A stretch of DNA of 26,912 nt from a virus (Duplodnaviria; Caudoviricetes). The stretch is taken from IMG/VR virus record IMGVR_UViG_3300032327_000745, positions 1 to 26,912 of that record; one strand, written 5' to 3'. Below, piece by piece: positions 1-9,600 of this stretch (position 1 is the stretch's first letter; each line of letters starts with the position of its first letter). Made by a program: the position numbers and the translations under genes. Under the pieces are notes generated by a model. The model was not told the DNA's origin. It ran no database searches and worked only from the letters and a program-made list of their open reading frames with translations.

Positions 1-33
1 CCATGCACCTGACATCAGTATCTCCATATGAAA

Positions 34-55
34 GACGGGACCGTTAAGTCCCGCC
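34..55 (-). terminator. Putative intrinsic terminator or stem-loop after the 88..369 gene
   Basis: Minus strand reads GGCGGGAC-TTAACG-GTCCCGTC followed by TTTC; the U-tract is short. Confidence 0.45.
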
Positions 56-87
56 TATCTTATCGCAAATCCACCAACAAGCAATGC

Positions 88-369
88 TTAGTAGTTTACC
101 ATTGACTTGTGTGCAGTGGGTTCCGTGCCTTTTGCGGCAGAAGACAGAGGGTTCATGTTGGAACCAACACGACCGCCAGCCTTACGAGCGGAACGATCCG
201 AACGCATCTTTGCCTTCGCGCCATCAACCTTGCCGCCGTGCTTGCGCTCTTTGGCTTCTTTGACGACATTAGAACCTGCGCCAGCGTAAACTTCGGTTGG
301 CGAAGCGTCATTTGCCTTGACGCCCTTTTCAACCATGCCACCGCTGGTCCGTTTTGAACGACCCTTCAT
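88..369 (-). CDS. Small basic GG-motif protein (head region)
   Basis: AGGAGAG SD upstream. Motifs RTSGG, RKHGG, RKAGG. Shares a 17/26-identical block with 5118..6659. Confidence 0.75.
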   Translation of the reverse strand: MKGRSKRTSGGMVEKGVKANDASPTEVYAGAGSNVVKEAKERKHGGKVDGAKAKMRSDRSARKAGGRVGSNMNPLSSAAKGTEPTAHKSMVNY

Positions 370-381
370 GGGACTCTCCTA

Positions 382-837
382 TTACTGCTGAATGTAGTTA
401 AGAGTGACATGCACATACCCGGCGGTGGTAGCACCGACAGGAGTGATGGTCACAACAACGGGGGCGGTTGTTGGAGCGGCAACGCCGAGAACAGACTGTC
501 CCGACATAGCCGCCAACTGAGCGGCAGTGTAAGTGATTGCAATGCGGCCCGTAGCGGCCTTTACGTTAACACCGCTTGCATACTGCGTTCCGGCGGCGGC
601 AGTGCCAACCGTCAGGGTTGCAGATGTGGCAGAGTCAAATGCAGTCAAAACATCGACAACAATGCTTTCGATGATCGAACCAGCAGGGATGTAAAGGGTA
701 GACGATACAGCGGTCGTGCCGTTCTTGGTTAAATCTGTAGTCTGGGAGAGGCGAACAAAGCCCTGATTTGGACCGTTCACTTCACCCTGTTGCAGATCGC
801 CCGTCAGGACAGGTCCACTGAAATGTGTAGAAGCCAT
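382..837 (-). CDS. Putative capsid decoration or minor virion protein
   Basis: Directly after the MCP; beta-rich T/A/V composition; MASTHFSGPV N-terminus is typical of post-MCP genes in such phages (recollection). Confidence 0.6.
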   Translation of the reverse strand: MASTHFSGPVLTGDLQQGEVNGPNQGFVRLSQTTDLTKNGTTAVSSTLYIPAGSIIESIVVDVLTAFDSATSATLTVGTAAAGTQYASGVNVKAATGRIAITYTAAQLAAMSGQSVLGVAAPTTAPVVVTITPVGATTAGYVHVTLNYIQQ

Positions 838-859
838 GATATGACCCTTTCAGTTGAAT

Positions 860-883
860 GCCCCCACCCACGATGGGCAGGGG
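860..883 (-). terminator. Stem-loop just downstream of the major capsid gene
   Basis: Minus strand GCCCTGCCCA-TCG-TGGGTGGGGGC; no clear U-tract. Confidence 0.3.
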
Positions 884-892
884 CTAGACCTA

Positions 893-1807
893 TTACGAAG
901 TTGGGAACGAACCGTAGATCGAACGCCAGTTGTAGTAGCCGAAGCTGTAACGCTCATAACCCTTGACGAGCAGGTTATCTGTCACAAAATCGACTTGCAT
1001 GTCTGTTTCAAATTTGACACGCTCCATATAGGAGAGACCGTCAATATTCGTCAACAAGAACCAAGCAAACTGCGAAGTCAAGAAGTCATTGACCATGTAA
1101 CCTTCAGGCAAACCACCTGCGGTCATCATGATGGCATTGACATCGTTGTCTGCGGAGCCGGGGCGCAATTCAGTCTTAGTAAGACGGATTGCTGTTGGTT
1201 CCAACTGCGGAGGCACAACCAGCTTGCGAGCGCGGGCAAACACTTTCAGACCAGCCTGATCCTTGAAGTTGGTCCGCACGGCAATCATGCTGTTCAGCAG
1301 GGTTGCTTCGTTCAGGTCAACGTCAGTGGTAGGACGGTTTGCTACAGTGCTTCCATCGATTGGGTGGTTGGTAGCGCAGAGAGCGACACCGTCACCGCCA
1401 ATGTTGGCATTGTAAGTGGTAGCCGTGTTCAACACGTTCGCACCATAGATTTCTTTGGTCTGCTGGAAAGATTCAATCAAACCCAAGTTCGATGGCATGA
1501 ACTGTGTTTTGTAGAGGTTGTCATCGATTGCCTTGCGGGTAATCGCGTAGCCGAGAGCAATTTCAGTATGCTCTTGGTTATAGACGTAACGCTCACCTGC
1601 GCTGTTGTCGAACTGGGTCTGACCACCTTCAGTCTTCAACTGGGCAAGGCCCAAGAAGCGCATTTCAGCGGTGCGTTCCAGAGCCATTTTCGACTCATGC
1701 TTGGTGAACAGCTTGTCATACTGAGATGGGATCATCTCGTATTTGCCTTCAACCCCACGGAGGCCGGGGAGCAGAAGGTCTTTAATGGCACTAAGATTGA
1801 CAGCCAT
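893..1807 (-). CDS. Major capsid protein (Mu gpT-like, HK97 fold)
   Basis: 304 aa with LLLPGL...GLAQLKTEG...ALGYAIT...DDNLY...LVVPPQL...AWFL...ERYSFG pattern; AGAGGAG SD; head-cluster position. Confidence 0.88.
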   Translation of the reverse strand: MAVNLSAIKDLLLPGLRGVEGKYEMIPSQYDKLFTKHESKMALERTAEMRFLGLAQLKTEGGQTQFDNSAGERYVYNQEHTEIALGYAITRKAIDDNLYKTQFMPSNLGLIESFQQTKEIYGANVLNTATTYNANIGGDGVALCATNHPIDGSTVANRPTTDVDLNEATLLNSMIAVRTNFKDQAGLKVFARARKLVVPPQLEPTAIRLTKTELRPGSADNDVNAIMMTAGGLPEGYMVNDFLTSQFAWFLLTNIDGLSYMERVKFETDMQVDFVTDNLLVKGYERYSFGYYNWRSIYGSFPTS

Positions 1808-1823
1808 GACTCTTTAACTCCTC

Positions 1824-2420
1824 TTAACCAACGCTCGTAAGCTGTTTGGTGCTTACGTTGTTGAAGCCGACGATGACATAGTTGTATGCGCCGCTTTCGG
1901 TTCCATTCGAGCCGGGAGGCTCAGTGACCAGCGACTTCACACGGAATGGAAGAGTGTCCGTGGTGGTTGCGCTGTTATAGACAACGTAGCCGCCAGAAAT
2001 CCCATTGGCGGGGTTACCCGTGCCATAGGAGAACTGCACGTTTGCGCCGATGTCAGCCTGTGTCAGGCCCGTGGTGGTCGAAACGCCAACCTGTGCGAGG
2101 AAGTTGGCATTTGGATCGGTCACGATATAAGCGGTGACATCACCATTGTTATCGGAACCGGGCCAATAGTTGGACCACACCGTGCGCTTCTGCGACACAG
2201 AGAGATACTTACAGCCGACGAAGATACCAGCGATCTGGACTGCGCCGGGGGTAACCGACGAGCCAGCAATATAGCCAGTGTTGAGAGGATACACGGGATC
2301 GCCGAAGAAGATCGGGGTCGTGTAATCGGATTTAATCAGGGCCGAGACCTGCTCATAGGACGGAGTGGTCCCAGTGCCGCTTGCCTGACGGAATCCGAAG
2401 GGCGCGTTTGTATTCGCCAT
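1824..2420 (-). CDS. Conserved head-cluster structural protein preceding the MCP
   Basis: Start revised to ATG 2420 (MANTNAPFGFR) after an AAGGA SD; IFFGDPV, GIFVGCKY and DP motifs. Confidence 0.7.
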   Translation of the reverse strand: MANTNAPFGFRQASGTGTTPSYEQVSALIKSDYTTPIFFGDPVYPLNTGYIAGSSVTPGAVQIAGIFVGCKYLSVSQKRTVWSNYWPGSDNNGDVTAYIVTDPNANFLAQVGVSTTTGLTQADIGANVQFSYGTGNPANGISGGYVVYNSATTTDTLPFRVKSLVTEPPGSNGTESGAYNYVIVGFNNVSTKQLTSVG

Positions 2421-2524
2421 TTTACGATTTCCTTTAAGGAGAGAGGTTGCTATGCGCCCGGCACTGCCAACCCCAAACATTTGTTTAACCCGCCTCCCCA
2501 AGGGCAGGTTCAGGAACTATGGCC

Positions 2525-3103
2525 TCAGTCGCGTGGGACTGGGATTGGCTCATAGCCCTTTTTAATCGAAGGACGAACCCGATCATGCTCTCGCGTCATC
2601 GTGCCGTCTGGTGTGGAACTAAGTTGCGCCTCTTTAGCGCGGACTTGATTCCTAGCCCTCCGTGATTCTACATCACGCGCTTCTTCTGTCAACTCCAAAG
2701 GCCGCTCCATAAGAATCATGCCATCGCGCTCAATCAGGCCGCTTTTCCAACCTGTCGGCATCAGTGCAAGATGACGAGCATCACGGTTAGCAGGAACTGG
2801 TTCCCAACCGCCAGCGGCAAGGCGAACCTGATAAGATGGGTCTTCCTGACCATAGATCGTGTGACGCTTCCACTCATAAGTCCAGCCATCTGGAACCATC
2901 GCCTGATCAATAGCGAACCGATCCACATCGTCCAGATCGACACCAGAGCGGTTGCCACGGATGGCATCTGCGCGCTTCTTCGCCCGTTCGCGGGGGTCTT
3001 CGTCGCGCATAGCTGGGCGCATTTCAGACCGACGAACTTCTGATCCCGAAACCTCGTCCATTTTGGGCTTGGTTTTGGTCAACTTTGCAATTTCTTCACT
3101 CAT
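2525..3103 (-). CDS. Conserved phage head-cluster hypothetical protein
   Basis: TGATG coupling to the scaffold stop; PDGWTYEWKR...GWEPV...GMILMERP motifs. Confidence 0.7.
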   Translation of the reverse strand: MSEEIAKLTKTKPKMDEVSGSEVRRSEMRPAMRDEDPRERAKKRADAIRGNRSGVDLDDVDRFAIDQAMVPDGWTYEWKRHTIYGQEDPSYQVRLAAGGWEPVPANRDARHLALMPTGWKSGLIERDGMILMERPLELTEEARDVESRRARNQVRAKEAQLSSTPDGTMTREHDRVRPSIKKGYEPIPVPRD

Positions 3104-3999
3104 CAGAGTTTTCCTTCTTTTTTCAGATCAAGCATGTTTTTGGCATATTCTTCGGGTGTCATGCCCATCATTGATGCCATTTCCTTCATATCAGCCGTCA
3201 AACGCACGGTTGTGGTGCGCCCGCCAGTGCTGGAAGCCGTCCGTGTGGATGGCGCGGCAGGTGGCGCAGAACGGTTCTGAGTGGCCTTTGATGCTGATGA
3301 CAAGATGACTTCCTCGCCCTGATCCACCTGAGCCTGACGGTTAAAGCCCATCTGGTTTTCGATGAAGTTGAAATAATCGTCGCTGTCAGGGGCATAACCA
3401 TCAGCAACAGCGATGTTGTGCGCTCCAACCATCTTTTGATACAGACGTTGGTCGGTGACACACTGTGGATGCGCCCGGACCCATGCCGCAGACCGAGGCG
3501 ACAACTGCGCCGCAACCTGCTCAATTGGGTCCATTCTTGGCGGTTCAATTGGCTTCACAGGTTGTGAAAGGCGACCCTCAAGGGAAACCTTGCCGTTCTC
3601 CAATTGAAGCAATTTAGCCGCTGTTGCGCTCATATACTGCTGAATTTCAGCCGCACGGTCGTAATCACCAGCCTGCATGGCATCACGATAGCCAGCTTTC
3701 ATGTAGTCTGATTCGCGGCTCAACTTGTCGATTGCGCCATTGATCAGTTGCAGGTCGCTGTTTTGCACCTCCAAGGAGGCACGTTGGACTTGCTCCTGAG
3801 CCTGATGAGCGCGTTGTTCTGCCTCATATCTAGCCCGTTTTTCCGATTCCAGACGCTCTTTCAGTTCAGCAATGCCGTCTTCTGGCGACTGACCGTCAAC
3901 AACAGCCTGTTTTTCTTCTTTTGCGGGTTTTTTCTCAACCGCTGGCGCATCGTCAAACGGAAGTTCCAATTCGACTTGAATGTCTTCGTTATCGCTCAT
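3103..3999 (-). CDS. Capsid scaffolding protein
   Basis: Acidic N-terminus, long coiled coil, low-complexity linker and short helical C-terminal tail (VRLT...GMTPEEYAK); GAGGTG SD; lies between portal and MCP. Confidence 0.75.
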   Translation of the reverse strand: MSDNEDIQVELELPFDDAPAVEKKPAKEEKQAVVDGQSPEDGIAELKERLESEKRARYEAEQRAHQAQEQVQRASLEVQNSDLQLINGAIDKLSRESDYMKAGYRDAMQAGDYDRAAEIQQYMSATAAKLLQLENGKVSLEGRLSQPVKPIEPPRMDPIEQVAAQLSPRSAAWVRAHPQCVTDQRLYQKMVGAHNIAVADGYAPDSDDYFNFIENQMGFNRQAQVDQGEEVILSSASKATQNRSAPPAAPSTRTASSTGGRTTTVRLTADMKEMASMMGMTPEEYAKNMLDLKKEGKL

Positions 4000-4007
4000 A
4001 AATCACC

Positions 4008-4400
4008 TCACCAAATTACATCTGGGGCAGGAAGAACGCCCCGCACATCGACATCGTCCAAAATCCGGCACGGGACGCCGTGGACAACCAAAGACCAGCC
4101 CTCTGCGGGACGGAAATAAATCCAATCGCCCACATTCACCTCAACGCCGTCGAACCAAACGCTTTTGGTGTCAACAAACGCCTGACTGCCTTTTTTGATG
4201 ACCAAGCCGACCTTGCCTTGATATTTGTCCTCATCGCGGGTTGCTCCGGGCAACATGATGCCGCCGCTGGTCACATCCGGGCGCACATAGGTGGCAACCA
4301 TGACCTGATTGTTGAATAACTGAATACCGCTGGTGTCGCCCAATTCTTTAAGAATTGTTTCCTTGGGGTCTTCAGCGTGATGCATCCTCATAAAAGGCAT
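4008..4400 (-). CDS. groES: GroES/Cpn10-like co-chaperonin
   Basis: Mobile loop TSGGIMLP, then GKVGLVIKKG, VNVGDWI and RILDDVDVRG. Start revised to ATG 4400 with an AGAGGA SD. Confidence 0.85.
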   Translation of the reverse strand: MPFMRMHHAEDPKETILKELGDTSGIQLFNNQVMVATYVRPDVTSGGIMLPGATRDEDKYQGKVGLVIKKGSQAFVDTKSVWFDGVEVNVGDWIYFRPAEGWSLVVHGVPCRILDDVDVRGVLPAPDVIW

Positions 4401-4401
4401 T

Positions 4402-4611
4402 TTATCCTCTTTCTCCTGTTGTGATGATCCGATCCGCTTCGGCAATCAGTTCTCTAGCCTGTTCAAGCCCTTTGATGATGCCCACGCGAAATTTGTAATC
4501 CTTGATGTCATCGATCAGCCCTGAAGACAGCACTGTGCTGACCTCGAAGACAGCCTCGTCAATCAAGCGGTTTGCTTCATATTCAAGTCGATTGGTGTAT
4601 GTCTGTTTCAT
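4402..4611 (-). CDS. Small conserved hypothetical protein upstream of GroES
   Basis: Helical, DYKFRVGIIKGL; abuts the groES start. Confidence 0.65.
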   Translation of the reverse strand: MKQTYTNRLEYEANRLIDEAVFEVSTVLSSGLIDDIKDYKFRVGIIKGLEQARELIAEADRIITTGERG

Positions 4612-4681
4612 GGGGCTACAATACGCCCATGCGGATTTGGTTCCTATATTGGGAAACCAACCCTCACAGAAAAATTGATGC

Positions 4682-4782
4682 TGTAAAATAATTTACAAAA
4701 CCCACTTGACAAACGATAAGCTATGCCTTAATATGATTTTTGTAAGCAACGGGGCCGAGGCCCAATCAAACGGAGAATGACG
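4682..4782 (+). promoter_or_regulatory. Cassette promoter P1 with TAAGCTATGCC box and conserved leader
   Basis: TGTAAAATAATTTACA 4682-4697; TTGACA 4706-4711, 17 bp spacer, TAATAT 4729-4734; TAAGCTATGCC 4717-4727; GGGC-CGAG-GCCC hairpin; ACGGAGA SD. Confidence 0.8.
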
Positions 4783-5046
4783 ATGCGTGATATTGTTCGT
4801 GATGTTATCAAGTGTGATGAACTGTTCTATGTGTTCCAGAACCAATTATGTGTCGATGATAACAAAGACATCAACGATTATACCGACAAAGAATTTCTTG
4901 ATGAGGCTCGGTATCGCTGGAAATTGTATTTTGAACCCGGAACAACGCCATATCAAATGATTAATGGCGAATACGGCGAAGCGGAACAGAGGGTTGCCAT
5001 CCAAGAACGCAACCAGATTACAAATTTCATCGCCAAATACGCTTAA
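4783..5046 (+). CDS. Hypothetical acidic protein; antisense moron-like cassette in the head cluster
   Basis: Own promoter and SD (ACGGAGA-ATGACG-ATG, the same spacing as other cassettes) plus a downstream hairpin; AT-rich. Confidence 0.75.
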   Translation: MRDIVRDVIKCDELFYVFQNQLCVDDNKDINDYTDKEFLDEARYRWKLYFEPGTTPYQMINGEYGEAEQRVAIQERNQITNFIAKYA

Positions 5047-5060
5047 CACCACTGGAATGC

Positions 5061-5098
5061 AAAAAGGGCCGCTTGGTATAATCCGAGCGGCCCTTGTT
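5061..5098. terminator. Likely bidirectional terminator
   Basis: AAGGGCCGCTTGG-TATAAT-CCGAGCGGCCCTT, 13-bp stem, A-run on the left; lies between convergent genes. Confidence 0.75.
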
Positions 5099-5117
5099 CT
5101 ATTTGAGTATCAGCCCG

Positions 5118-6659
5118 TTACCACTTGGCCTGCTTCAAGCCGTATGCAGGGGGTTTTTCCAAACGGGCATTGCCGCCGCCTGATCCCGTGGTAATTGGGT
5201 ATTTATAGGCACGGCCCCCATCCTTGCGGGCCATCTTCTTCTCTTCGATCTCGGTCTTCTCAAGGCGACCCAGACCAGAGCCAGCACCAGCGTCCATGTC
5301 TTTATAAGACCGATAGACACGACCACCCGCCTTGCGAGGCATTGGAGGCATGCCCATTGGCGCGGGGCCACCTGCTGGCATTGGAGGAGGACCGCCCATG
5401 CCGCCTTTAGCCGCCAAAGCCGCCAGCACGGCTGGGTCCATGCCCTGCCCGCCGGGAGCCATTGGCATTGGGGGTGGCGGACCCATTGGAGGCTTAGGAC
5501 CACCCATTGGCATTGGAGGCATAGGCAGACCGCCAAGATCAGGTTGCTGACCGCCGTTTGGAGCAATCACGATGTTGATGTTGGTCTTGCCCTTAGCCCG
5601 ACCGCCCGAAGCACGGGCCGTGCGCCCGCCGACAGCCCCCGGAACTTTAAACGGATAACCTTGGCCAGTGAACACGCCACCGCCATCTTTGCGTTCAGCG
5701 CGACCGCCCGACTTCAAACCCTTCATGGACTGCTGTTTGTCGTGCTTCTCATCCATCTTGGACTTTTCCCAAGACTTCATCGACATGCCGTGCTTCTTCG
5801 CCAGCTTCTTGTCTTCAGCCATATCTTTCTTGGAGCCTTCAAACTTGTCGAAGCCGCCATTCTTGCGAGGCATTGCATCAGGGGAGACAACCGAAGTTGG
5901 CGTGGTCATCATCCGCTTTTTCATCAAGTTTGGAGCGGCTGGGCCTGCGAGGATTGTGCCGCCAGCTTCCTTCTTGGTGCGCCCGCCGCGCTTCATCATT
6001 GGCGAATCACCTTGGCCCATAGGAATGCCAGTCGAACCAATCATGCCGCCATCAACGCGCTTGGCACGACCGCCCCCGCACTTCGCCATAGCTTTGCCGC
6101 CCTTCTTCAGGCCAGCAGGACGCTCTGGAGGCATTGGAACTGGACGGGGTGGAGGCATAGGTGTTTCATACCCTACGCCCTTACGAATTTCGTCATCAGT
6201 CACATACTTGCCGCCCGGACCAGTGATGCCTCTGGTGCTGATGTCCTTGTTCATGGGGTGTTTTGGGCTGGTGACAGGAACGTCTTCGACCTTGCCGTAT
6301 GTCGCATGCTTTGCACGACCGCCACGTTTCAATGCACCAACATGCTTCACGCCTTCACGGTGTTCATTGGCGCGTTTGTCATCGCGGTTGATGAAGCTGT
6401 CAATCTCGGTTGGCTTCTCAACACGACCGCCAGATTTGCGCTTCATGCGGTCATTGCGGACCTTTGCGGCTTTGCCAACAACCTTGCCGCCAGATTTGAA
6501 GGCGCGTTTGCTGATTGGGCGCATGCCAGTCTTGGCGGTGGTATTCAGCGGCTCTGCGGGTGACCAAGATGACGAATCAACCTTCTGCGACGATGCAGTG
6601 GTCATGTCCTTGGCCTTTTTTGCGGACCCAGAACGAGCCGCCTTTAGATACTCATGCAT
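5118..6659 (-). CDS. Basic K/M/G/P-rich protein with about 14 x-[K/A]-x-GG repeats (putative internal head protein)
   Basis: 513 aa; AGGAG SD; FKSGG, RKSGG, LKRGG, LKKGG, MKRGG, RKDGG, RKAGG and others; Pro/Met-rich tract; two G-x-G-x-G-xx-RLEK repeats at the C-terminus. Confidence 0.75.
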   Translation of the reverse strand: MHEYLKAARSGSAKKAKDMTTASSQKVDSSSWSPAEPLNTTAKTGMRPISKRAFKSGGKVVGKAAKVRNDRMKRKSGGRVEKPTEIDSFINRDDKRANEHREGVKHVGALKRGGRAKHATYGKVEDVPVTSPKHPMNKDISTRGITGPGGKYVTDDEIRKGVGYETPMPPPRPVPMPPERPAGLKKGGKAMAKCGGGRAKRVDGGMIGSTGIPMGQGDSPMMKRGGRTKKEAGGTILAGPAAPNLMKKRMMTTPTSVVSPDAMPRKNGGFDKFEGSKKDMAEDKKLAKKHGMSMKSWEKSKMDEKHDKQQSMKGLKSGGRAERKDGGGVFTGQGYPFKVPGAVGGRTARASGGRAKGKTNINIVIAPNGGQQPDLGGLPMPPMPMGGPKPPMGPPPPMPMAPGGQGMDPAVLAALAAKGGMGGPPPMPAGGPAPMGMPPMPRKAGGRVYRSYKDMDAGAGSGLGRLEKTEIEEKKMARKDGGRAYKYPITTGSGGGNARLEKPPAYGLKQAKW

Positions 6660-6689
6660 AGACTTGCTCCTAATTCTGCGCCACGGCAG

Positions 6690-9600
6690 TTACAGTCTGG
6701 AAAGAATACTCTGAATCTTGCGGTCAAACAATGGGTCTGAACGCATTTCGTTATGGATCAGATGTGCCAACCGAATTGCATTGTTGGCAGAATTGTTGGC
6801 ATGGGGAGACCCGCCACGGGCGTATCCGCTGTTGTCTCCTTGTCCGCTGTCATTACCAGACCCTTGGGATTCGGCTTGGCTTCCTGAATTTGCATCTGGT
6901 CCACCTGCGCTTGCGTCAGGACCACCAGCAGAAGCATCTGGCCCACCACCCAAACCACCGCCACCCCCAACGCCATTGGCTGAATCAGCCGCACTGTTTG
7001 CACTAGCTTGATCTGCGGCATTTTGAGCGGAAGTAGCGGCGGCTTGGTCAGCGGACATAGCCGCCGCCATTTCAGGCGCACCGACTGCACGACCAGCCGC
7101 CGAATTGGCGTTTTCTTGATCTGCCGCAGTCTGCGCCGCTGGCGTCCCTAAATCATTCGAGACTGCCGCCGCCATTGCGGCATTGGTATTGGCGTTTTGC
7201 GCCGCCGTTTGTGCCGCTGTCTGCGCCGCAGTTGCCTTGCCTGATGCGGCATCTGCTTTTGCCGCCATATCTGCCTTTGCCGCCGCCATTGCCGCCGCAA
7301 GTTCGGGGCTGATTGAAGGGGCGGCAAGGGAGCTTGCCATCGCACGGCCCGCAAGACCTCCAACAAGCCCGCCAACAGGCCCAGCAACTGCGGTTCCCAA
7401 AGCGGAACCAAGCATGCCGCCTGCCATAGTCCCAAACCCGCCGCCAAACATGCCGCTGAGACCTGACTGACCGGGCGTCCCCAACCCACTGCCGGGTCCA
7501 CCGGGGCCAACGGATGAATTTCCACCGCCGCCGCTACCGCCGCCACCTTCATAGGTTGACACGGTTGGTTCAACTTTGGGTGCTGTAGGGTTTGCCGCAA
7601 CAGGGGGCGCAACAGGAGGAATATACGATGGCCCTTGCTGACCTGATGGAATATTATCCACAGTTGATGGCATTGCAGGGTTGAATTGGAACGGTTGGAT
7701 GCCCTGTATACCGCTATAGATGTCATAAGGCGAACCGCCATAGGCATACCCGCCACGGGCAAGCCTTAATGCGCCATCGACTGCACCACCATCAGCGCGA
7801 GTTTCTTCCCCACGCATTTCATTCGCGCCCAATGCGGCAGGGATAATTCCGTATTTGCGCAAAATGTCGATTAATTTGTCATCAAACATAACGTAATTGC
7901 TCGTTTGTTTTCCACCCAACCGAGAACCTGCGTCCAAATATTGAATGCCTTTTAAACCTGCGTCATGCAACATATCAGTTGTTTTTTGGGGGCCATACGC
8001 CCCGCGCAAATAGTCAATGATTGCACCTCCAGCATAATCGTCAGGGTTTCCAACAAACTCGCGCAACCCACCAATGCGCCGTTCATCTTTTGGAACAATT
8101 TTATTGATAGCGTCAAGAACATAAGGGTTTTGTTCTGTTAAATCTTTATCCCAATTTAACATATGTTCTGGGTGTGCATTGATATTTACTTCATACATGT
8201 GGCCGCGCACCTTCATTGCCTCTTTGGCAAGGCGTTGTGCTTCATCAAAATCAATACTTTGGCCATATTTTTTGGCAAGACCCATCATGACATCCATATC
8301 TCGTGCATCGGGTTGTGTTGCCAAATGAAATGCGGCTTCTTCTTTTGGGTTCATATGCCCAGAATAATACCGATACCGTGCCTCTGGGTCGCCACGGTAT
8401 GTTTGCGCTACAGGTTCTGCTTCAGCAAGGTATAATCCATGACCGTATGATTGTGCGCCTTCACCAGTGTTAATTTTTTTGATGTCAAACCGATCAAAAT
8501 CATGAGGAGAACCATGATATGCACGAATGCCTTCCCATGCTTTTGAAAGTGCATCTGAAACTGCACTACCAGCGCGTTTCAAATTGTTTCCCTGCCCAGC
8601 CTCAGCAGGATTGATCATTTGATCCAAAGCAACAGTGCCAGCACCAATTGCTTTGCGGATAGGCCCACCACCGGGCATTGCCATAAGGGCAACGTCTGTT
8701 GCGCTCTGTGGAATGACAAAATCTGACGTTCCCAAAAGCCTTTCAAATCCTTTTGCAACCCGTTCACCGCCAAGAGTTGGCCTACCAGTCCCTGTTTGTG
8801 GGCCTTTTTCTGCCAAATACTGACCAACATCTTCATACCAGCGTGGTTCTTCAGTTCTTGTTGGCGTGATTGTGTCATTGCGGGATGCAATAATATTTTT
8901 GGAATCTTTAATCAGTTGATCCAGAGTCGTTTGATCCATTTCAGATTGATCATCTACATAGCCTTCCGTTGCATAGCCCCCACGGGCATAGCCAATTTTG
9001 CCGCCAGTTGATTTTGTAATATCAGGGTTCAATGAATCAAAAGTTCCACGATTTTCTGTTGCCGATTTGATTTGGTTTGGTTCAAAAGCAACATACGTTC
9101 CACCTTCCATTTTGGCAAAATCATGCGGGTTTCCCCACCCTCCAGTGATTTCACCAATGTTTTTGTCGTATAAACTGTAGGTTCCGTTATCAGTCTTTTT
9201 AAGATATTGACCGTTTGCTCTCCCTGTAGGGACAGGCAACCCAGAACTCAGCTCCGCCAACTGACTTTCGGAAAATTTGACGGGGGGTTCATGAATAACA
9301 CCATCATACCCGGCGTTCGCCAAAATGTTTCTTACACTGTTTTGAAGCGTATCGGACCTATCGCCGTTTTCCCATTGCTCAATTGCACCTTTTACAACGG
9401 ATTCAGGCGCAGGATTTTTCAATGCCACATGAAAAGGGCGAACTTCAGCATCAGGAGCATTTGGTCTTCCATAAGGAAATTTTCCTGCGCGTAAGGCGTC
9501 CCGTTCATTGGAACTAAACCAAAATCCATTATAGGGGGCATCTGGGTCATTTGGGTTTATTTTTGATTTGTCGAAAACGGTAAACCCTTTTTCTGGAGAC

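Noticed and set aside
1-15. Start of a further minus-strand gene (MSGAW...) after a GGAG SD
   Set aside because: Only five codons lie in the window, so it cannot be called.
854-1840. 328-aa plus-strand ORF
   Set aside because: Antisense shadow of the major capsid gene; no recognisable motifs.
5077-5082. Perfect TATAAT -10 box
   Set aside because: It is the loop of the terminator hairpin, with no convincing -35 or downstream plus-strand gene.
5544-6714. Two long plus-strand ORFs (339 and 348 aa)
   Set aside because: Shadows of the GC-rich low-complexity GG protein.
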